Below are positions 28,285-38,507 of a stretch of 64,000 nt of DNA, piece by piece. Within the stretch, counting starts at the first letter, position 1. Every line of letters starts with the position of its first letter. The position numbers and the translations under genes were made by a program. Source of the stretch: a virus (Duplodnaviria > Heunggongvirae > Uroviricota > Caudoviricetes); IMG/VR virus record IMGVR_UViG_3300032312_001770, positions 64,001-128,000 of that record; one strand, given 5' to 3'. Below the pieces are notes generated by a model, which was not told where the DNA came from, did not search any database, and saw only the letters and a list, made by a program, of their open reading frames with translations.

Positions 28285-29538
28285 ATGAAACACTTAAAAT
28301 CTTATAATGAAGGTTTCTTAGATTACTTTAAGAAAGATACTAATGATGATAAAATCACATTAGATATGATACATCGTCTTGAAAAGGTTAAAGATAGCAA
28401 TCCATATGAAATTCATGATATAATGAGTGAAGATATGAGGTTGCCTGCCTGGACACAAAACATAGCAGATACTACTGAAAATGGTGTACGTTCTGAATAT
28501 TACAGTGTAATCTATCTTGTTAGATTTGATGATGTTGATGTCCTTATATCAAATGATAGACATAAGTTAATATACAACAATACTGGACTACCAGCCGGTG
28601 AAGAAAAGTGTAAAAATCAATGGAAACTATTTATTGGCAATAACACAGGTTTATGTGAGAGAATTAGATCTAAAGAATCTTATCGTATAAAACTATTTCA
28701 TCTAATAGACAAAATTTATAAAGAAGATAAAGAAAGAAAAAGAATGGATAGAATTCAAACTGAAATAAATCCAGCGGCGGATTTATTAGAAGAGGGTCTT
28801 TTTGATTTCTTTTCTAAGAAAGTAACTGAAGATGATAAAATCGCTTTAGAATATATCAAGAGATTAAAGAAAGTAAAAGGTATTTCACCATATAAGATAA
28901 CAAAAGACGATACAAGTAGCGAAAATTCATACAAAATAAACAGATGGGAAGTAGATTTTGAAGATACGCCTATTAAATTATGGTCTGTTATATCTACTAG
29001 AACTTCAGGTTTTGATGAACAATCTCAAGAACTTTTAACTAGTAAAAAATTGGCTAAATATAGTAGATATGAGTTTTACGGATTAAATATTAAATGCGAA
29101 GGTGAAATTGAAAATTGTAAAGCCAGTGCTAAAGTATTAAAAGAATTGGTTGAATTGGTTGAGTCCGTATATGAGAATGATAAAGAAGCCAGAAGAATTG
29201 AACACATATCAATCAATATGAATCCAGCGGCTGACTTAATTGATGAGTCTATATACGAAAGAGAAGTAGTATTCACTAATAAAAGAAATCCAAGATTAGT
29301 AATAACAATAAAGAAGAATCCTGATGGTAGAATTACTGAAATTGAAAATGAAACTGGTATGAGATTTCCTTTCTCAGTAGGACAATTACTACAAAGAAAT
29401 GTAGAAGTTTGGGCTTGTAATAACAACTTCTTTATGGATGGTAAAGATACCTGTCCAGATAAAAAAATATTTGGTGTAAAAACTAAAGATGTTCCACAAG
29501 GTCATGAATGGAGACATATTTTTCCACACAAATTTTAA
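28285..29538 (+). CDS. Putative internal head protein with a tandem domain duplication
   Basis: MKHLKSYNEG start after aatatatagtgta; two related units each ending NPAADL[LI][ED]E. Confidence 0.65.
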   Translation: MKHLKSYNEGFLDYFKKDTNDDKITLDMIHRLEKVKDSNPYEIHDIMSEDMRLPAWTQNIADTTENGVRSEYYSVIYLVRFDDVDVLISNDRHKLIYNNTGLPAGEEKCKNQWKLFIGNNTGLCERIRSKESYRIKLFHLIDKIYKEDKERKRMDRIQTEINPAADLLEEGLFDFFSKKVTEDDKIALEYIKRLKKVKGISPYKITKDDTSSENSYKINRWEVDFEDTPIKLWSVISTRTSGFDEQSQELLTSKKLAKYSRYEFYGLNIKCEGEIENCKASAKVLKELVELVESVYENDKEARRIEHISINMNPAADLIDESIYEREVVFTNKRNPRLVITIKKNPDGRITEIENETGMRFPFSVGQLLQRNVEVWACNNNFFMDGKDTCPDKKIFGVKTKDVPQGHEWRHIFPHKF

Positions 29539-29569
29539 TATATAATTAATCCAAAAAATACTGTAGATT

Positions 29570-29794
29570 ATGATAAAGAAGTACGAAGATTTCATTAAGG
29601 AATCACACTCAAAAACTGTAAAAATTAGTTCAGAAGATGTAAGTTTATTTACTAGTGAGCCACTTTTACAAAAACTTGTAGCAGATAAGAAAGTTAGTTT
29701 ATTTGACGATGAAGTTAAATATGATGAATCTGATATTCAAACTAAAGAAGTATTAGATCAATATTTAGAACTACCCGGTAAGACTGAAGAATAG
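29570..29794 (+). CDS. Small protein with a capsid-targeting-like N-terminus
   Basis: MIKKYEDFIKES. Confidence 0.6.
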   Translation: MIKKYEDFIKESHSKTVKISSEDVSLFTSEPLLQKLVADKKVSLFDDEVKYDESDIQTKEVLDQYLELPGKTEE

Positions 29795-29819
29795 TTTAAC
29801 TAATCAATCATTTCTATAA

Positions 29820-30878
29820 TCATTTTTTAATATGTGTCTTCAAATTATCCCAAAGTATTCTCCAAATATCATCAATTTGGTCATACCTAATCCTAATTAG
29901 ACTAATATAATTATCCTCGCAATAATCAGATTTAATTTTATCATTAATCTTTAATTTGTCAAGAGCTTCTTGACCACCAAAAAAAGATAAAGATAAAAAA
30001 TGTTGCTCTCCATCAAACTCTATACACGTCCTAATAGAAGGAATATAAAAGTCGAAAGGTAGTTGGAATATATTTTTACAGTCTGAAAATTTATGTTGTC
30101 TATTATAATTTATATTATATTTATTAAGAAATTTTGAAATTTCTTTTTCTCCTTTTGATTCATTACAGTTAGAACATCCATTTCCTTGTAAGTGCGAAAG
30201 TGGTCTTTGTGTAAAATCACCATGTATAGGACAAGTAATAGTAACTTTTATTTGATTTTTTACATAATTTGTTTTATCATAAATAAATTTATTATCATGT
30301 ATAATGTTTGATTCTTTTATAAATTGTTCTGTAGTTTTTCTAATAGAATATTTTATCTTTTCAGGTGCGTTGGATAAGTGACCATTTGGAGTTTGCTCAT
30401 ATATATCTCCATTGTATATTATCTTAACCTTGGTTTTACAATTCACATAATCAACAAGTGAATAGTCATATTTATCTCCCCACTTATCTTTTGATTTTTT
30501 AATAAAAAACTCTTGATTTGAATTATCTTCAGGTGCCATTTTTTTCAAATGTGAAATAGCTACTTGTTCAAATATAATACCATCATATATAATTTTAACT
30601 TTATTTAAAGCTCCACTATATTCAGATAATGAATAGTCATATTTATCACCCCATACTTCTTTAGCTTCTGATATAAATTGTTCAGTTGTTTTAGTTGGTG
30701 TATTCTTTTCCGGACATCTACCAAGTAGAATATGTTTAACTACCTTCTGTCTATATAGAACACCATTATAGATAATATCTATATCATCATTTGATAATAC
30801 CTTATCAGATAAGTTTGGATATTGATATTTATAACCATGAATATCTCTTGCTCTATCTAAAAATTCTTTTTTAGTCAT
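29820..30878 (-). mobile_element. Free-standing putative homing endonuclease (DUF723-like repeats plus Vsr/PD-(D/E)xK nuclease)
   Basis: Repeated FIxxxKxxxGDKYDYSLxxY; CPIHG/CSNC zinc motif; SKGE...FDFY...IEFDGEQHF...LIRI. Confidence 0.75.
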
Positions 30879-30996
30879 ATGTTATATATAAAATAATTAT
30901 TTCCCCCTTTTAGAATAATAATGTAAAAATTATTCAAAAATAACAAAAGGGGGAAATGTAATATTAATATATAAAGTATAAAAATTAATTAAAAAA

Positions 30997-32229
30997 ATGG
31001 CAAAGCAAGAGAAAAAAGAAGTAAAAAGATTTGAATTTAGTAAGGTAGGAACTATATTAGATAATATAGCAAAATCAACTCCAATTCTAATCGAGAAGGA
31101 ACTAAAGGAAAGAAATTATATATCAACTGGAAATTATCTTTTAGATGCGGCACTTTCCGCAAAATTAGTAGGTGGAGGTATTTTGGGAGGTAGGATATTT
31201 GGACTTCTAGGAGAATCTGGAGCAGGTAAGTCATTTATCGCTTACTCTATATGTAAATCAGCTCAAAGAAAACAAGATTATAGTGTAATCTATATTGACA
31301 CTGAGAATTCAATAGATATTGAAGGCATAGGAAAAATGGGAATTGATAACTCACCTGAAAAATTCAGACTAATTAGATCAAATAAAGTAGAAGATATCAA
31401 TATCACACTAACACAACTTTTAGATGAATTAAAAGCTCAAAAAATGGCAGGATATGAAATTCCAAAGATTTTAATTGTATTAGATTCTATTGGTATGATG
31501 TCATCTAATAAAGAAAAAAGCGATTTATTAAAAGGTGATATGAAGCAAGATATGACAAGAGCTAAGGGATTAAATGCTCTTTTCAGAAGTATTAGTTCTG
31601 ACCTTGGATATCTTGATATTCCTATGGTATGTTGTAACCATACATACTTAACACAAGATTTATTCCCAAGAGAAATCAGTAAAGGTGGTATGGGTCTAGT
31701 TTATTCAGCTTCAGTTTTAGGTTTTCTATCTAAATCTAAATTGAAAACCGGAGAAGAAGATGATATGGACTTAGGTCAATCAGGTATTTCAGTTTTATTC
31801 AAAACTCAAAAGAATCGTTTAGCTAAACCAAAGAAAATTAGATTTGATATTTCCTTCTTAAATGGGCTGAATCCTTACACTGGATTAGACGCATTCTGTA
31901 GACCAGAGTATTTTGAACAAATTGGAATTGCTCAAGGTAAAATGGAAGTTGATAAGAAAACAGGAGAAATGACTTTTGTACCGGGTGGTAACAGATGGTA
32001 TATAAATCACTTAAATAAATCAGTTACAACAAAACAATTATTCTCATCTGAGGTATTTACTCAAGAAGTTCTTGAAAAAATGGCACCAATTGTAAATGAT
32101 TATTTCAGATTTAGATCATTGGATGAAATTGAAGATGTTGAGAAGAAGTTTAATGAAGTTATGGGTGATGATGAAGATGAAACAAACGGATTTACAGATG
32201 CGACTGACGCAGATGATATCTTTGGATAA
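30997..32229 (+). CDS. uvsX: UvsX/RecA-like recombinase
   Basis: GESGAGKS Walker A, YIDTE, VLDSIG, GGMGLVYSAS and KNRL motifs. Confidence 0.92.
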   Translation: MAKQEKKEVKRFEFSKVGTILDNIAKSTPILIEKELKERNYISTGNYLLDAALSAKLVGGGILGGRIFGLLGESGAGKSFIAYSICKSAQRKQDYSVIYIDTENSIDIEGIGKMGIDNSPEKFRLIRSNKVEDINITLTQLLDELKAQKMAGYEIPKILIVLDSIGMMSSNKEKSDLLKGDMKQDMTRAKGLNALFRSISSDLGYLDIPMVCCNHTYLTQDLFPREISKGGMGLVYSASVLGFLSKSKLKTGEEDDMDLGQSGISVLFKTQKNRLAKPKKIRFDISFLNGLNPYTGLDAFCRPEYFEQIGIAQGKMEVDKKTGEMTFVPGGNRWYINHLNKSVTTKQLFSSEVFTQEVLEKMAPIVNDYFRFRSLDEIEDVEKKFNEVMGDDEDETNGFTDATDADDIFG

Positions 32230-32280
32230 TAAAAATAAATCCCTTTAATACTAAGGGATTACAAAAATAAATGAAATAAA

Positions 32281-32454
32281 ATGAAACAAGAAATTTTCGA
32301 ACAATTGACAAAACTTTGGGCTGAATTTGAAGCTAATCACAATGCTACAAGTAAAGTATCAGACTCAAGAGCAAGAAAAGCTTTAGGCGAAATTAAGAAA
32401 TTAGTTACAGCTTATAGAGCAGCTTCTACTGAAGAAGGTAAAGCAACAAAGTAA
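32281..32454 (+). CDS. Histone H1-like (Hc1-type) small protein, 57 aa (not in ORF track)
   Basis: MKQEIFEQLTKLWAEFEANHNATSKVSDSRARKALGEIKKLVTAYRAASTEEGKATK; RARKA...L...R..S pattern. Confidence 0.65.
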   Translation: MKQEIFEQLTKLWAEFEANHNATSKVSDSRARKALGEIKKLVTAYRAASTEEGKATK

Positions 32455-32477
32455 TAAAAAAATAACAATCCATTCCA

Positions 32478-32696
32478 ATGAAAAATATGATTAACTCTCT
32501 TTTATTAGAAAGAAATGTCGAAAATAAAAACTTTTCTGACGATATACTATATAAAGTTGGAATGGATAATGTTAGAAATAACATTGAATTTTATTCAGAC
32601 AAAACATTTACTTGTGAATCTGTAATAAAAGAGTTATTTATCCGAGGTATAATTAGTTATATCGAGAGAAATAAGTTTCCTTGTTTGGAAAAATAA
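32478..32696 (+). CDS. Hypothetical protein
   Basis: 72-aa ORF. Confidence 0.45.
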   Translation: MKNMINSLLLERNVENKNFSDDILYKVGMDNVRNNIEFYSDKTFTCESVIKELFIRGIISYIERNKFPCLEK

Positions 32697-32740
32697 GGTG
32701 GTGGAATCTGAACGGTTTCGAACCCGGTCGGCCCTTTATT

Positions 32741-32772
32741 AAAAAATCTCTGAAGAAATTCAGAGGTTTTTT
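32741..32772. terminator. Bidirectional terminator
   Basis: aaaaaatctctgaa-gaaa-ttcagaggtttttt. Confidence 0.75.
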
Positions 32773-32949
32773 ATTTTATATCACATATAAATTCTTCAAA
32801 CTTATAATTAGGGAAATCATCTACATATTTGATTATTACATTGATATCAAATCCAATTTGTTTTCTAACAACTTCAATTAAGTCTAATTCTCTATCATTT
32901 AATGATTCACAGATAATACTTAATTCTAATTAAATAAAAGAAGAAATGT

Positions 32950-33411
32950 TTATTTTCTTATTGACATAAGTCTATGTCTGTATATCATCAACAACCAATA
33001 ACAGACTAAATATAGATTATAAATAGGAGTAAACCATTTAATATCAGATACCATTTTTAGGACAACATCACCCAAAGCAAAAAATACTAAAGTAAAAAGT
33101 AAGTATCTAGCAAGTTTATCATATTTTTCAGAAAGTAAGAAAAATTTGAATTTATTTATTTTAGATAATTTACTATGATTGACTATTTCATCAAGTTTTT
33201 CGTCACGCTGACAAGCCTTACAAATACGATAATTTGCTTTATTGTTTAATATATTGTATAAAACATCATTTCTATCTATTTCAATCTTTTCCTTACAACA
33301 ATAACACATTTCACCGTTTCTCAAATCCATAATGACATAATTGGTTTTTCTAAGCATAATCATATAGTAGGTTATGAAAATAAATGGTATTAACGAAAAT
33401 ATAAGTGACAT
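32950..33411 (-). CDS. Membrane protein with a zinc finger
   Basis: N- and C-terminal hydrophobic helices; CYCC...CKAC; QRDEKLDEIV. Confidence 0.6.
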   Translation of the reverse strand: MSLIFSLIPFIFITYYMIMLRKTNYVIMDLRNGEMCYCCKEKIEIDRNDVLYNILNNKANYRICKACQRDEKLDEIVNHSKLSKINKFKFFLLSEKYDKLARYLLFTLVFFALGDVVLKMVSDIKWFTPIYNLYLVCYWLLMIYRHRLMSIRK

Positions 33412-33412
33412 A

Positions 33413-33865
33413 TTAGCCTAAAATTAATTGTAAAAATTTATCTCTCTTTTCCATTTTAGAAAGAGATTTAATACATTCTGGTCCCAATCCATTCTCAATA
33501 GAAGAAGGAACTGTAAGAGGTCTTCCACATTTACCACATCTTCCTTCGTGCCAAGCCTCAATAAAATCTGGTAAAGTTCCTAATATAAGTTTGACCAAAA
33601 CATACTCAAATACTTTAACACTTTGAGCGTCAGCAGATATATCAGATTTTCTACCATGTCTAAACTTACCTTCAATACAAGTTCCAATATAAGAATAAGA
33701 GTCTGGTCTGGTTAAAACACTAACAAAAAACATATTAGAATCTTTGGCTTGTTTTACTTTGAAGGTAAAACGGTTGCCTGTTTTTGAATTAAGTAAAGTA
33801 ACTATTGATTTACCAGCAAAGATAAATTTAAGTGCTTCTGAATTGTCTAATTTATGTCCGTCCAT
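33413..33865 (-). CDS. DUF6011-like zinc-finger protein
   Basis: CGKCGRPLTVPSSIENGLGPEC. Confidence 0.7.
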   Translation of the reverse strand: MDGHKLDNSEALKFIFAGKSIVTLLNSKTGNRFTFKVKQAKDSNMFFVSVLTRPDSYSYIGTCIEGKFRHGRKSDISADAQSVKVFEYVLVKLILGTLPDFIEAWHEGRCGKCGRPLTVPSSIENGLGPECIKSLSKMEKRDKFLQLILG

Positions 33866-33954
33866 TATGTAGTGATTTAGAATACAAATATAAGGAAAAT
33901 ATTTTAATTGTCAAATAAAAAGGTGGAAAACATGAATTGTTACTATATACTTTT

Positions 33955-34677
33955 ATGAATATTGTCGCAATTGATCCATCATTAATATCTACAGCACTTG
34001 TTGTCACTTCTGGTGATACTTTCAAGATGTTTAACTATTGTAGAGAATCATCAGCATTTGGTAAAACCGGAATCAAAAAATGGTTCAAACTAGCTGAACA
34101 GTATGTAACTTATAAGTTTATTGAATACAGAGAATTTGAAGATTACTCCGAAGGAGAACTTACAAAGTTAAAAGACTATGATAAAATCACTGATGGTATT
34201 ATTAAAGATATCTTAGATAATATTGATTCTACTAAACCAACTAAGATTGGAATTGAAGGTTACTCATTTTCATCAACAGCTGGTGATATTATTGACTTAG
34301 TTACATTCTCAACTCTTTTAAGAAAGAAACTATTTGATAAGATATCAGAAGATATTACAGTTCTTTCACCATCAACACTTAAATTAGAATCTTGTAAATT
34401 AACTTATCCACCTATTATTAAAGAGATTGGTGGTAAGAAACCAAGACAAGAATTTATTTGGAGAAACACAATGGGTATATCTGGTGGAAAATTTCAAAAA
34501 CCTGAAATGTTTAGAGCTATCACTGAGAATAATGACTTAAATGATTTCTGGGCAAAACATTGTAAGTTATCACAAGCAGATGTTTTATCTATCTCAGTTA
34601 TACCAAAACCTTATGAAGATGTCAATGACGCTTATTTAATCTATAAAGTATTAGAAAAACAAAACCCACTTAATTAA
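33955..34677 (+). CDS. RuvC-like Holliday junction resolvase (RNase H fold)
   Basis: IVAIDPS (D), IGIEGY (E), DVNDAY (DxxD). Confidence 0.75.
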   Translation: MNIVAIDPSLISTALVVTSGDTFKMFNYCRESSAFGKTGIKKWFKLAEQYVTYKFIEYREFEDYSEGELTKLKDYDKITDGIIKDILDNIDSTKPTKIGIEGYSFSSTAGDIIDLVTFSTLLRKKLFDKISEDITVLSPSTLKLESCKLTYPPIIKEIGGKKPRQEFIWRNTMGISGGKFQKPEMFRAITENNDLNDFWAKHCKLSQADVLSISVIPKPYEDVNDAYLIYKVLEKQNPLN

Positions 34678-34688
34678 GTGGGTTTTTT
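34661..34688. terminator. Bidirectional terminator (CCCAC family)
   Basis: aaaacccactt-aatt-aagtgggtttttt at a convergent junction. Confidence 0.85.
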
Positions 34689-34689
34689 G

Positions 34690-36645
34690 TTATACGTCTC
34701 CGTATTCTTTAATCTTATTTTCAAGATAAGAAATTGTAATTGCTTTCTTATCATCTGGAATTTTTCTACTATGTTTCAACCAACTTAAAGCCGCTTTGAA
34801 TCCAGTTTTAACACCTTTCTCAAGCATATAATCAATAAAGTTTAATCTACCATATTCAGCCGCCCATTTGATTGCCATATTTCTACCACCTTCGTCGGCT
34901 AATTTAGCACCATACTTAACAAGTAATTGAAATACATCATAGTAACCTTCACCAATATCGTCTTTGGTTTTCCAACCACCTTTACAACATCTTCTGATAG
35001 GAAGAGAGTTATCAAAGTTTGGATCTAATCCTTGTTTCAAACAATATTCAACTGCTTCAAGGTCATTACAAATATTGTTAAATACTTCACCTGTTAGCTC
35101 AGAACCATTAGAAACTAATAGTTTAATCATATCTAAGTCTTGAGCTTTATTAATAATAGCATCCGCTTTACTTCTCAAGTTTGGAGAACCACCTAATTCT
35201 AAAATAACTTTAGCTTTTTCGTGATTGTTTTCTTCAACAGCATGTAAAAGAGCTACACAGTTATCTTTATTAATATTAGCACCATCTTCTTTAACATATT
35301 GTTTAATTTGTTCAATTGATAAGCCTTTCTTAACGATTTCTCTTTCAGCTATTTTAGCTCTTTCTCTTCTTCTAATTTCTTCATCAGTCATAGGTTTAAG
35401 TTGCGCAAAAATATCATCTTTAATATCATACTCACCTTCCCATTTTTTAAGAATACTTTTAATTGAACCAGAAATACCAGCATCATCTTTAGCGTGACAA
35501 GCTCTAATTTTTTGACCTGGTTCAATTGTAATACCTATTGTGGAATAGTTATCATATTGAGGAATGTTAAAGTTATAAATATAATATTGTTTGTTATTAT
35601 GAGAAGCCACATAGTTTTCCCACTGAGAAGAATAATCTTTAATACAGTGTCTTGTGTGACCATTTAAGTATTGATTTGCTTGAAATGATTTAACTTCAAT
35701 AATTAAGATACCATTTTCTTCGTAAACTGTATCAGCTCCTAAGAAACCATATTTCTCATTACAAGTATTAATCTTATCATAGAAAGCAAGAATTGTTTCA
35801 TTCTCAGATGATTTCAAATAGTTTTGAGCCGCTTTAATAAACTCTCTAATGTTAGTATATCTACTAAGTGGCCCAAAATATCTTTTATCACCTTTCTTAT
35901 AAGATTTACCATGAATAACTTGGTCAGTTTCAATAGTTCTAACTTCACCAAAGAAAGACTTCCAAAGTTTTTCTTTTTTAACTTCATCTTCACCACCTAA
36001 TTGGTCAAATCCTCTACAAACTTGAGCAAATTGTCCTTTAATAACTTCTGGTGAATCATTATAATCTTTCTTCAATACAGGAGTTAATTTATCAATTACT
36101 TTCTTAATCTTTCTATAATCTTCTAATGAATCTAAACCATCAATTAAAACCTCAGCATTATTTGGAATATTAACATCAATGAAGTTTTGGTCAAACTTCT
36201 TAGGCAATTTATCCAATAAACCTTTGTATTCAACAAGTTTATTCAAAATACTTTCTTCATTTGTAAATAACTCTTCCAAAGAAACCATTTCAGCAAAATA
36301 GAAATAAGTAAAAGGATAAGTCCAACCAATATATTGTTGTCCAAGTAACTCTCTGATTTTTAAGAAATCCGGATTTCTTTCAATATTTCTTACTTCTTCA
36401 TCTTTCAGTTTAAGTTCTCTTAGTTTCAATCTGATTTCAGCTTGTTGTTCCGGTGTAAAATCACCTAAAGTTAAGCTTCTCTTTTCTTTATGATCTAATT
36501 GAGCCTTTAACTCGCCTTCAACAAATCCAAGATTAGTAGCAGCTTGAGTTAATAAATATGTGTCTTTTAAGAACTTTTTAGCTTTATCAAGATTTTCATT
36601 TAATGGCTTTTCACCTAAAAATTGGTTATACTTAAATAATTTCAT
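34690..36645 (-). CDS. Ankyrin-repeat protein with a capsid-targeting-like N-terminus
   Basis: GANIN...ALLHAVEENNHEKAKVILELG; AIKWAAEYGRLNFIDYMLEKG; start MKLFKYNQFLGE. Confidence 0.75.
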   Translation of the reverse strand: MKLFKYNQFLGEKPLNENLDKAKKFLKDTYLLTQAATNLGFVEGELKAQLDHKEKRSLTLGDFTPEQQAEIRLKLRELKLKDEEVRNIERNPDFLKIRELLGQQYIGWTYPFTYFYFAEMVSLEELFTNEESILNKLVEYKGLLDKLPKKFDQNFIDVNIPNNAEVLIDGLDSLEDYRKIKKVIDKLTPVLKKDYNDSPEVIKGQFAQVCRGFDQLGGEDEVKKEKLWKSFFGEVRTIETDQVIHGKSYKKGDKRYFGPLSRYTNIREFIKAAQNYLKSSENETILAFYDKINTCNEKYGFLGADTVYEENGILIIEVKSFQANQYLNGHTRHCIKDYSSQWENYVASHNNKQYYIYNFNIPQYDNYSTIGITIEPGQKIRACHAKDDAGISGSIKSILKKWEGEYDIKDDIFAQLKPMTDEEIRRRERAKIAEREIVKKGLSIEQIKQYVKEDGANINKDNCVALLHAVEENNHEKAKVILELGGSPNLRSKADAIINKAQDLDMIKLLVSNGSELTGEVFNNICNDLEAVEYCLKQGLDPNFDNSLPIRRCCKGGWKTKDDIGEGYYDVFQLLVKYGAKLADEGGRNMAIKWAAEYGRLNFIDYMLEKGVKTGFKAALSWLKHSRKIPDDKKAITISYLENKIKEYGDV

Positions 36646-36653
36646 TTTATTAA

Positions 36654-38189
36654 TTATTTTCTTCTTGTATGAAAGTTATGACCTTCATTAATTCTTTCTA
36701 ATTCTTTAAGATAAATTTCTTTACCTTCTTTCATATACTGAGCTAACATTTCAACTCTTTTGAAATCTTTTTTATCTAAAGCATCATCAATTAAATCTTG
36801 CAATTCTCTTTGAGTTAATTCAGAGTAATTCAATTCAGATTGGTGTTGAAAAACTTCTGGCTCAGCTTTACCTGGCATCATAGTATCTTTCTCTTCTTCA
36901 TAACCACCATTATCAAAGTCATAACTAGGCTCTTCAACATCTATAACTTGACCTAATTCATATTGATTTAATTCTTTATTAACCTCATCAATCATTTCAT
37001 CAATTTTTCTACGAGCATCTGGAGTTTTATTTAATATACCTCTAAATAGTTGTAAGAAATCCGCATCTGAAATATAATCTGAATTCATCATTTTACCAAA
37101 GATAAAAGCTCTCATATTTGGATGTTTAGCTTCTGGATTTTGATTAATAAAATCTCTAAAATCAGCCGCAATTTCTGGACCTGTTCTGAAATCTTCAGCT
37201 TCATCTTCAAATGAACTAACATTTAATTTAACAGTTTGTGCCATTTTAATTTCTTCTTCAGAAGATCCTTCAGCTGGAAATTGAATTGAAGCAATTAACT
37301 CATAAATACCTTTAACAGTTTCATGAATCAACATAGGAAAATCAATACCACGAGCTCTGATTCTTGGAGTAGCCCCTTGGACTTCTTCACCAAACTTTTC
37401 TTTATCTTCTTCATCTGGTTCATCACCAGCAGCTAAGTCTTTAAGAATTCTATCAGCAAAATCTTCATCACTTTCTTCTTCTTTTTCTTCAGCTTCTTCT
37501 TTTTGTTTTGGTTTCCAATCAACAGAGACAGCACCAGCCATTCCTTGTGGAGCTCTTTCCATCATATCAGCTTTAATCTCAATAGGAATAATCCAATCCA
37601 TTTTATCAGCCAAATTACTCATCTCTTTCCACATATTTAGAATTTGATCAGCCTGTGGACCAAAAATGTCAATTAGACCATCTTTAACCTCTTGCATAGC
37701 AATAATATTTTTAGTGTTTTTAGCTTCACCTTGAATAATATTATTACCTAATTTAGCTTTGTGTATTTTATTAATCGTAGCAGGATCTTGAATTTGTCTA
37801 AACTTTGGAGCTTCTTCATTATCATCATCTTGTTCTTCTTCGCAGTCTTTCATAAATTTAGCAATTTGAGAACCAGATCTTAATAATTTAATATCAAGTT
37901 CAACATCATCAAGAATCTCACCATAATTTTGTGTAATAATTTCCTTAGCTAAATTTTCTAAATCTTCTTCACGACCACGAGTCATTTGTTGAGATTGTTC
38001 AACTAATTGCATTAATCTACCACCAAATTGCATTGGAGTTTCACGACCAGATAAACCTAAACGAGCCTTAGCTCTTGCTTCAGTATCTTTAAGATAGTCT
38101 TTATCACCAGGTTGTTTATCACCTTCGTTTGGAACACCAGGGTTGCCTTTTATAGTTACTTCTTCTAAGAATTTTTTAAAATCTTTCAT
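36654..38189 (-). CDS. Putative internal head protein
   Basis: MKDFKKFLEE start; 511 aa, helical and acidic. Confidence 0.55.
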   Translation of the reverse strand: MKDFKKFLEEVTIKGNPGVPNEGDKQPGDKDYLKDTEARAKARLGLSGRETPMQFGGRLMQLVEQSQQMTRGREEDLENLAKEIITQNYGEILDDVELDIKLLRSGSQIAKFMKDCEEEQDDDNEEAPKFRQIQDPATINKIHKAKLGNNIIQGEAKNTKNIIAMQEVKDGLIDIFGPQADQILNMWKEMSNLADKMDWIIPIEIKADMMERAPQGMAGAVSVDWKPKQKEEAEEKEEESDEDFADRILKDLAAGDEPDEEDKEKFGEEVQGATPRIRARGIDFPMLIHETVKGIYELIASIQFPAEGSSEEEIKMAQTVKLNVSSFEDEAEDFRTGPEIAADFRDFINQNPEAKHPNMRAFIFGKMMNSDYISDADFLQLFRGILNKTPDARRKIDEMIDEVNKELNQYELGQVIDVEEPSYDFDNGGYEEEKDTMMPGKAEPEVFQHQSELNYSELTQRELQDLIDDALDKKDFKRVEMLAQYMKEGKEIYLKELERINEGHNFHTRRK

Positions 38190-38190
38190 A

Positions 38191-38448
38191 TTAATAATTT
38201 TGATTTGTTAAGTTAGCAAACTTTTGAATTACTTCTTCCATTGTAGCTTCTTTTAATTTCTTTTCAGCTTTAGTACCAGGTTCAACAGCTGGCTTGTCTC
38301 TTCTAATTGGATTTGGTTTACCAGGTTTAGTACCAGGTTTAGTAGTAGGACTTGTTTTTGGTGGAGCAGTAACTGGATTAGGACTTTTAGAAGGAGCTGG
38401 AGCACCGGCACCATAAACAAATTCTTCAAACTTTTTTATTAGTTTCAT
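38191..38448 (-). CDS. Small Pro/Lys-rich protein with a capsid-targeting-like N-terminus
   Basis: MKLIKKFEEF; PAPSKSPNP...KPGTKPGKP. Confidence 0.55.
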   Translation of the reverse strand: MKLIKKFEEFVYGAGAPAPSKSPNPVTAPPKTSPTTKPGTKPGKPNPIRRDKPAVEPGTKAEKKLKEATMEEVIQKFANLTNQNY

Positions 38449-38507
38449 ATATAAACGGTTATATTTGTAGTATATATTATTTTTTACATACAGAAAATTA
38501 ACTTTTT

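Noticed and set aside
32699-32775. Complete tRNA gene
   Set aside because: Only a T-loop and CCA-like 3' part are present. There is no matching 5' acceptor strand, D-arm or anticodon arm, and the T-stem is mispaired.
32681-32881. 66-aa plus-strand ORF
   Set aside because: It has a TTG start and runs through a terminator hairpin and the tRNA-like fragment, so it is unlikely to be coding.
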